From contig DXZW01000018.1 in the NCBI GenBank assembly GCA_019419455.1, positions 17,676 to 81,675 on the forward strand: a stretch of 64,000 bases of DNA, written 5' to 3'. Source of the stretch: Collinsella sp. (lineage in GTDB: Bacteria; Actinomycetota; Coriobacteriia; Coriobacteriales; Coriobacteriaceae). Each line of letters begins with the position of its first letter. The first letter of the stretch is position 1. The translations under genes and the position numbers were made by a program. The notes beneath the pieces are model-generated. The model was given only the letters and a program-made list of their open reading frames with translations. It made no database searches and had not been told where the DNA came from. Of this stretch, positions 58,663 to 64,000 are shown in pieces.

Positions 58663-59601
58663 ATGACTACCGATAAGCCGATCGATGTTGCGATTATCGG
58701 TGGCGGCCCCGCGGGCTATGCTGCCGCCATTTATGCTGCGCGTGCCAACCTGACGACGACCGTGATTGAGCAGGGCATGTCGGGAGGGCAGATCGCCACA
58801 ACCAATGAGGTCGAGAACTATCCGGGTTTCCCGCTCCTGAGTGGCGCCGAACTCGGCGAGCGTTTTCAGCAGCATGCAGAGGGCCTGGGAGCACAGGTTA
58901 CATGGAGCATGGTTACGGGTATCGATTACGATGCCGATGCAGCGTTGTTTACGGTGCATCACGATATGGGCGATACGCTGGCCTCGAGCGTTATCGCTTG
59001 CATGGGTGCCACGCCGCGTCCGGCAGGTTTCGCAGGCGAGGATACGTATCGCGGTCGTGGCGTTTCATATTGCGCAACATGTGACGGCATGTTTTTCCGC
59101 GGCAAGCAGGTTTTTGTAATCGGTGGTGGCAATTCGGCATGCGAAGAGGCTCTGTTCCTGTCCGACATTGCCAACAGTGTGACCATCGTGCTGCGCCGCG
59201 ACCAGTTCCGTGCGCCCGATGGTGTTGTTCAGAAAGTACTCGCAAAGGACAATATTACAGTTAGGTACCAAACTAGTATTGTGGAGCTATCGGGCGAAGC
59301 CATGCCAACGACGATTACCTTTAAGGACAATGCATCCGGCGAGACTCATACCGAGTCATTTGAGCCCGGCTCGTTTGGCATCTTTGTCTTTACCGGAACG
59401 CAGCCCCATACCGAGCTTGTTGAGCATCTAGTCGATCTGGCGCCTGATGGCGGCATTCTGACTGATGAATCCATGGCGACCCGCACGCCAGGTCTATTTG
59501 CCGCTGGCGATATCCGTTCCAAACGTTTACGCCAGGTTGTGACCGCTGTTTCGGACGGAGCCATAGCGGCAACGAGCGCATACGCGTTTCTCCGTGGATA
59601 A
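58663..59601 (+). CDS. trxB: Thioredoxin-disulfide reductase
   Basis: GGGPAG FAD-binding motif, CATCDG redox centre and GGGNSA NADPH-binding motif. Confidence 0.9.
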   Translation: MTTDKPIDVAIIGGGPAGYAAAIYAARANLTTTVIEQGMSGGQIATTNEVENYPGFPLLSGAELGERFQQHAEGLGAQVTWSMVTGIDYDADAALFTVHHDMGDTLASSVIACMGATPRPAGFAGEDTYRGRGVSYCATCDGMFFRGKQVFVIGGGNSACEEALFLSDIANSVTIVLRRDQFRAPDGVVQKVLAKDNITVRYQTSIVELSGEAMPTTITFKDNASGETHTESFEPGSFGIFVFTGTQPHTELVEHLVDLAPDGGILTDESMATRTPGLFAAGDIRSKRLRQVVTAVSDGAIAATSAYAFLRG

Positions 59602-59646
59602 GTACGATAATATATCTTATGTAAGGTTGTTATCAATTTACTAAAT

Positions 59647-59687
59647 GGCGGGACGAAGCATCAGTGCACTGTCCCGCCAATTTTCTT
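59647..59687 (+). terminator. Rho-independent terminator after trxB
   Basis: GGCGGGAC-(16 nt)-GTCCCGCC followed by AATTTTCTT. Confidence 0.65.
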
Positions 59688-59754
59688 GGCGGCTATGTGG
59701 TATGCAAAACTAGATAACCTAGAATACAATATAGAAAACGAACGGAGGCCTCTT

Positions 59755-60366
59755 ATGAACCACGCTAAATACGTTATTCCGATGTCCGATTCGTCGGTCA
59801 GCATTAAGCCCGAGGATATTCAGCCCACGGTGCTACCCGATGCATTCATTCAGTCCGATATCGTGCGTAAACTCAATACGTTGAGTCTGCCGCGCTATAA
59901 CCAGTTGCCCAATGTGACGCTCTACCGCGACCAGGTCATTGAGTATGTTGCGCTGTGGATGGAGCCGCTGTCCATTTGCGTTGAGCACCCTGTCATTACG
60001 CCATCGATGATCAATAACTACGTGAAGGTCGGCCTGGTGCCTGCTCCGGTCAAAAAGCAATATGGCCGCGAGCAGATTGCCCGCCTGATCGCTATCTGCC
60101 TCTTTAAGCAGGTGTTACCTATTGCTGCGGTGCAGGCACTCTTTAACATTCAGCGTTTGAGCTACGATGCCCCGACGGCCTTCGATTATGTGGTCGATCA
60201 GCTCGAGGCATCGATTCGTTCGGCGTTTTCCGTCGAGCAGACGCCGGTTCCCGATACGGCGCATCAGGTAACGCGTGAGTCGCTGCTTGTGCGCAGTGCG
60301 GTTTCATCCTTCGTTTCGAAGGCGTACCTGATGAGCTATCTAAAGTTTAATGGGTTTAATAGCTAG
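59755..60366 (+). CDS. DUF1836 domain protein
   Basis: ..TPSMINNYVKVGLVPAPVKKQYGREQIARLIAICLFKQVL.. is typical of DUF1836, a family frequently adjacent to degV. Confidence 0.6.
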   Translation: MNHAKYVIPMSDSSVSIKPEDIQPTVLPDAFIQSDIVRKLNTLSLPRYNQLPNVTLYRDQVIEYVALWMEPLSICVEHPVITPSMINNYVKVGLVPAPVKKQYGREQIARLIAICLFKQVLPIAAVQALFNIQRLSYDAPTAFDYVVDQLEASIRSAFSVEQTPVPDTAHQVTRESLLVRSAVSSFVSKAYLMSYLKFNGFNS

Positions 60367-60375
60367 CCGACGTAT

Positions 60376-60426
60376 AAAACGGGCGGAGCAAAGGGTCATC
60401 TGTCACTTTGTCCCGCCCGTATTTTT
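60376..60426. terminator. Bidirectional terminator between the DUF1836 gene and degV
   Basis: AAAACGGGCGG(A)GCAAAG..CTTTG(T)CCCGCCCGTATTTTT. Confidence 0.7.
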
Positions 60427-60439
60427 GCTTGGTTGGACG

Positions 60440-61306
60440 TTATTGGCCCGAAGCCACGCCCATGCCGTAGCCGATAATGAGCCCATGCATTTCGGCATAG
60501 TATGAATCTAGCCCGTTACAGGGCATGATGATAGTCTTGGAACCTGGCCAGCGCTCCACAATTCGGCTGGCAAGTGCTTGGGCGCCTGCCTCATTCTCGA
60601 CATGGTCGATAACGACCTCGCCGCCCGTAAAACCTTCGGCTTCCATGGTGTCGATGATCTTGTTTAGCATCTTCTTTTCGCCACGCGTGTGACCGACGAG
60701 TTCGATTTTACCGGCCTCACTCGCCGTGCCCAAAATGCGGATATTGAGCTTGTTGGCAATGACGCCGGCTGCCTTAGGGATACGTCCGGCTTTGGCCAGG
60801 TTTTCGTAATTGCACAAGCTGAAGAGGATTTTGCTGTTCTGCTCAAGGCTATCGAAGTATGCGCAAGCGTCCTCGAATGAGACATCCGGATTGCTTGCAA
60901 GATAGCGGTCGAACAGCAAGAAAATGAGGTCCATTTTGCCGCCAGCTGCGCGCGAATTGACAAGATGAATATTGCGGTCCGGTTCCTCGGCAAGAACCAT
61001 ATCGCGAGCCGTGGCTGCTGCGTTGTAGCTGCCCGACACGCCCTCAGAGATTGGCATGCAGATGGTCTTGTCTGCCAATTTGAAGAGCTCGGCCCACTCC
61101 CCTACGCTGGGACAAGCGCTCGAAGAAGCGTTCGTCTCCGCCTGAACAGCGCAGTTGAGCTCATGAACATCGAGTGAAAGGTCATCGATGAATTCACGCT
61201 CCCCCACTCGAATTTTGAGGGGCGCAAATGCAAAGGTGGTATGGGGCGCGGTCGGTTGCCAATCGCGGAGGTTGCAGCTTGAATCGGAGATAAGTGCCCA
61301 GCTCAT
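60440..61306 (-). CDS. degV: DegV family fatty-acid-binding protein
   Basis: 288 aa, collinear with the DegV/EDD fold family (..DSSCNL.., ..SGSYN..). Confidence 0.85.
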   Translation of the reverse strand: MSWALISDSSCNLRDWQPTAPHTTFAFAPLKIRVGEREFIDDLSLDVHELNCAVQAETNASSSACPSVGEWAELFKLADKTICMPISEGVSGSYNAAATARDMVLAEEPDRNIHLVNSRAAGGKMDLIFLLFDRYLASNPDVSFEDACAYFDSLEQNSKILFSLCNYENLAKAGRIPKAAGVIANKLNIRILGTASEAGKIELVGHTRGEKKMLNKIIDTMEAEGFTGGEVVIDHVENEAGAQALASRIVERWPGSKTIIMPCNGLDSYYAEMHGLIIGYGMGVASGQ

Positions 61307-61360
61307 AGAGGGTCCTTTCTAATTGTTCCTCAACAATTATAGCCATCTTGCAAACTGAAT

Positions 61361-61397
61361 GTACGGCTATCTAGTTTTGAATACTAGATAGCCGTAC
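61361..61397. other. Perfect 15-bp palindrome upstream of degV
   Basis: GTACGGCTATCTAGT-tttgaat-ACTAGATAGCCGTAC lies ~55 nt upstream of the degV start. Confidence 0.8.
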
Positions 61398-61404
61398 AAG
61401 ATTA

Positions 61405-61447
61405 GAAAAAAAAGAATGGACCTCGCGACTTAAAGCCACGAGGTCCA
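61405..61447 (-). terminator. Rho-independent terminator of the NlpC/P60 gene
   Basis: On the minus strand TGGACCTCG-(13 nt)-CGAGGTCCA is followed by TTCTTTTTTTT. Confidence 0.8.
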
Positions 61448-61471
61448 CATTCACACGCTGTGTAAGATGAC

Positions 61472-62596
61472 TTAGTAACGCACGAAGATATAGTTGTTGT
61501 TCATGCCGGCGGCAACGGAGCTGATGATAACACCCGTATTGTAGTCGGAAGCATGAATCATCTGACCACCACCGATGTAAATGCCGGTGTGGTACGAGTT
61601 GACCACAACGTCACCGGGCTGCGGATCGGACACACGCGTCCAGCCCATAAAGGTACCCGTGGTGCCGAGGCGGCAATAGCGACCAGTGAGGCAATAGCTA
61701 ACAAAACCAGAGCAGTCGAAGCTGTTCGGGCCAATTCCGCCCCAGGAATAAGCGCAACCAAGCTTGCTGTAGGCGCGCGAAACAACGGAACCGCCATCGA
61801 CGGACTGGCTCGGAGCAGAAGGCGTCGGAGCCGGAGCAGGCGTGGAGGGCTGCGGCGTCGGAGCGGGTGTCGGCGTAGGAGCCGGAGTGTTGCCGCCCTG
61901 GTTGTTATTGCTGGTCTGACCACCGTTGTTGGTGTTCTCGGTCGTACCGGCAGTCTCGTTGCTCACCGTGGCCTTCTCGGCAGTACTGGCGTTGATGCCG
62001 GCCTGCAGCGCGGCGTTGGCCTCGGCCTCTGCGGCAAGCTCGGCCTGCAGCTGCGAATCCAGGGAGTTTACGACGTTCTGGGCTTCAGCCTGCTGGGCGT
62101 TAAGCTCGTCGACCTTCTTTTGCGTGGTGGCGACGTTCTTCTCCTGCTCGGCCTGCTTATCGGTGAGCTGCTGCTTAAGCTCCTTGACCTCTTGAATGGT
62201 CTGAGCTTGCTTGTCGGAAACTTTGCCGTAGTAGAACAGGCGGTTGAGCATATCGCTCAGATCATCGACACCCGTCAAAACCTGAAGCAGGCTCAGACCG
62301 CCGGTTTTGTACTCGCCGGCGACATAGGTCGAGAGCTTGGCCTGACCATCGGCGATCTCCTGCTGCTTTTGCGTGATCTCGCCGGCAGTCTGATCGAGCG
62401 CCTGCGTCTGCGTGGCAAGCTCATCGTAAATCTGCTGGGTTTGGGTGCCGATCTGCTCGAGTTTCGTACGAGCAGCGGCAAGGTCGGATGCGGTATCGGC
62501 GTAGGCAGGAGCCGCGAGGCCCAAGCCCAAAACACAAGCGAGGGTTGCCGTAGCAGCGCAGCGTGCCATGTTTTTGTGCGTGTTTGCTGTGCGCAT
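61472..62596 (-). CDS. Secreted coiled-coil + NlpC/P60 peptidoglycan endopeptidase
   Basis: Signal peptide, a Q/A/E-rich coiled coil, a P/T linker and a C-terminal NlpC/P60 domain (FDCSGFVSYC ... H). Confidence 0.8.
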   Translation of the reverse strand: MRTANTHKNMARCAATATLACVLGLGLAAPAYADTASDLAAARTKLEQIGTQTQQIYDELATQTQALDQTAGEITQKQQEIADGQAKLSTYVAGEYKTGGLSLLQVLTGVDDLSDMLNRLFYYGKVSDKQAQTIQEVKELKQQLTDKQAEQEKNVATTQKKVDELNAQQAEAQNVVNSLDSQLQAELAAEAEANAALQAGINASTAEKATVSNETAGTTENTNNGGQTSNNNQGGNTPAPTPTPAPTPQPSTPAPAPTPSAPSQSVDGGSVVSRAYSKLGCAYSWGGIGPNSFDCSGFVSYCLTGRYCRLGTTGTFMGWTRVSDPQPGDVVVNSYHTGIYIGGGQMIHASDYNTGVIISSVAAGMNNNYIFVRY

Positions 62597-62628
62597 GTAG
62601 CTTCCTTTCCAGTAACTAAGGGTAACGG

Positions 62629-63159
62629 CTAGTCTACCGTCACCAGGCTAAAGAGCTCCACATCGTCATCAGACGGCGTGAGCTTCTCGCGCGGGTTGAG
62701 AAACGCAAGCTCAAGTATACAACCGTAACCGATAAGCTTTGCGCCCATATCTCGCACCAGTTTACCTGTTGCCTCGACGGTTCCGCCCGTCGCGACCAAG
62801 TCGTCCAGAATCAACACGGTATCTTTAGAGCTGATAGCGTCGGCATGGATCTCAATTGAATCGGTGCCGTACTCGAGCTCGTAGCTCTGGCTTACGGTCT
62901 CGCGCGGCAGCTTGCCCGGTTTACGTGCGGGAACAAAGCCGGCGCCAAGGGCTACAGCCACCGGTACGCCAACCATAAAGCCGCGAGCCTCGGGACCCAC
63001 GACCTTGGTGATTCCCATGCCGGCAAAGTGCTCGGCGAGGGTATCGGTCATGGCTTTGAGCGCCTCGGGATTGCCAAAGAGCGGCGTGATGTCTTTAAAG
63101 ATGACTCCGGGCTCGGGATAGTCGGGGATGTCGACGATTTGAGATTCGAAGTCGTACAT
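62629..63159 (-). CDS. apt: Adenine phosphoribosyltransferase
   Basis: ..YPEPGVIFKDITPL.. and the PRTase motif VLILDDLVATGGT. I chose the ATG at 63159. Confidence 0.9.
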   Translation of the reverse strand: MYDFESQIVDIPDYPEPGVIFKDITPLFGNPEALKAMTDTLAEHFAGMGITKVVGPEARGFMVGVPVAVALGAGFVPARKPGKLPRETVSQSYELEYGTDSIEIHADAISSKDTVLILDDLVATGGTVEATGKLVRDMGAKLIGYGCILELAFLNPREKLTPSDDDVELFSLVTVD

Positions 63160-63199
63160 TGCATGACCTTTCAATGGGTTGCCGGATAAGCGGCAGCGG

Positions 63200-64000
63200 T
63201 TATTTGCCCGCCGTGGCGGTACCGGAGTGCGAAGGGGCGACGACCTTGAGCGGCTTTACGAGAGAATCCTCGTGCGAAGCCGGCGTGGCTATCTCTTCGT
63301 TTTTGGCTTTGGTGGACTCGGAGCGAGTGATTTCCTCATCGAGTGCATCGATGTCGGCGTCCTCGACCACGGCATTGAGAGACTCAAAAACGCGGTTCTT
63401 GAGCAGCGCAGTGTGCACACCCTCGGTCAGGTCGTGAAGCTTCTTAAACGCACGTTCGAGCTTGGCGTCGCGCTCGTCATCGGAGGTATCCATTCCGAGC
63501 ATGCTCACGAGCACCTGCTCAAACATCGAGGACTCGCGGTTGGCGGAAGACACGTACTGACGCAGGTTGCGGGGCTCGATATGGAAGCGTGACAGCTCGG
63601 AGCAGTAGCGGATGATTGGAAAATCGCGACCATCGACGAGCTCACGATTCTGCGGACTCTTGATGATGCGAATGAGGTCGTTCTCGGCGAGCGAGCGGAT
63701 AAACGAAATCTCGACGCCCAGCATATCGGGAATGGTCTCAATGGGATGCAGCTTTTGCTTAGTCTCCTTGGGCTCCGTCTTGAGCGGAACATCGGACAGC
63801 AAGCCCACCTCGTAGGCGAGCGTTGACAGGTCCGTGGCGTTTTCCAAGCGCTGCTTAATCACGTTGAGCGGCATGTAGCGGGTCTTCTGCAAGTGCAGGA
63901 TGACCTCCAGGCGATCAACGTCCTCCTTGGAGTACTGACGGTATCCCTTAGGCGTACGATGAGGGGTAATGAGCCCCTCATCCTCTAGAAATCTAATTTT
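63200..64000 (-). CDS. MerR-family transcriptional regulator (N-terminus beyond the window edge)
   Basis: The frame stays open to nt 64000, reading ..IRFLEDEGLITPHRTPKGYRQYSKEDVDRLEVILHLQKTRYMPL (MerR HTH/wing). The ORF-track 'M' at 63892 is an internal TTG. Confidence 0.7.
   Translation of the reverse strand, partial: KIRFLEDEGLITPHRTPKGYRQYSKEDVDRLEVILHLQKTRYMPLNVIKQRLENATDLSTLAYEVGLLSDVPLKTEPKETKQKLHPIETIPDMLGVEISFIRSLAENDLIRIIKSPQNRELVDGRDFPIIRYCSELSRFHIEPRNLRQYVSSANRESSMFEQVLVSMLGMDTSDDERDAKLERAFKKLHDLTEGVHTALLKNRVFESLNAVVEDADIDALDEEITRSESTKAKNEEIATPASHEDSLVKPLKVVAPSHSGTATAGK

Overview
This is a 64 kb chromosomal segment from a high-GC Gram-positive bacterium. The gene content (actinobacterial mIHF, PyrR, RNase Y plus RNase J, SpoVS, AdhE, ComEA/ComEC) suggests an anaerobic actinobacterium, possibly Coriobacteriia; this is inference only. 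I call about 60 CDS, mostly on the + strand, and almost all are core housekeeping genes. In order they are: ispG-proS, adhE, rpmB, a pyrimidine operon (pyrR-pyrB-pyrC-pyrK-pyrD-pyrF, with no carAB or pyrE here), mihF-gmk-rpoZ-thiI, comEA-comEC-holA, rpsT, lepA-dus-hemW, two DnaJ paralogs, mtaB-phoH-ybeY-dgkA-era-recO, rpsO-pnp, rnj-ftsK-rodZ-like, yajQ, rimO-pgsA-cinA, recA-recX, rny-GHKL ATPase-spoVS-miaB-miaA-hflX, lexA with a divergent LysM gene, nrdR-dut, a glycosyltransferase, trxB, DUF1836/degV, an NlpC/P60 hydrolase, apt and a MerR regulator cut by the window edge. I saw no rRNA, tRNA, CRISPR array, prophage or recognisable defence island. The non-core content is limited. (1) A single-gene IS200/RayT-like Y1 (HUH) transposase is bracketed by 47-nt inverted repeats. 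(2) The most unusual feature is two intergenic composite loci, pnp/rnj and dut/glycosyltransferase. Each is built from two long nested-palindrome elements in inverted orientation around an AT-rich centre, with conserved cores but unrelated, perfectly self-complementary outer stems and compensatory changes in an apical stem. I cannot assign these to any repeat or RNA family I know. Long antisense 'shadow' ORFs in the six-frame track are GC artefacts and were not called.
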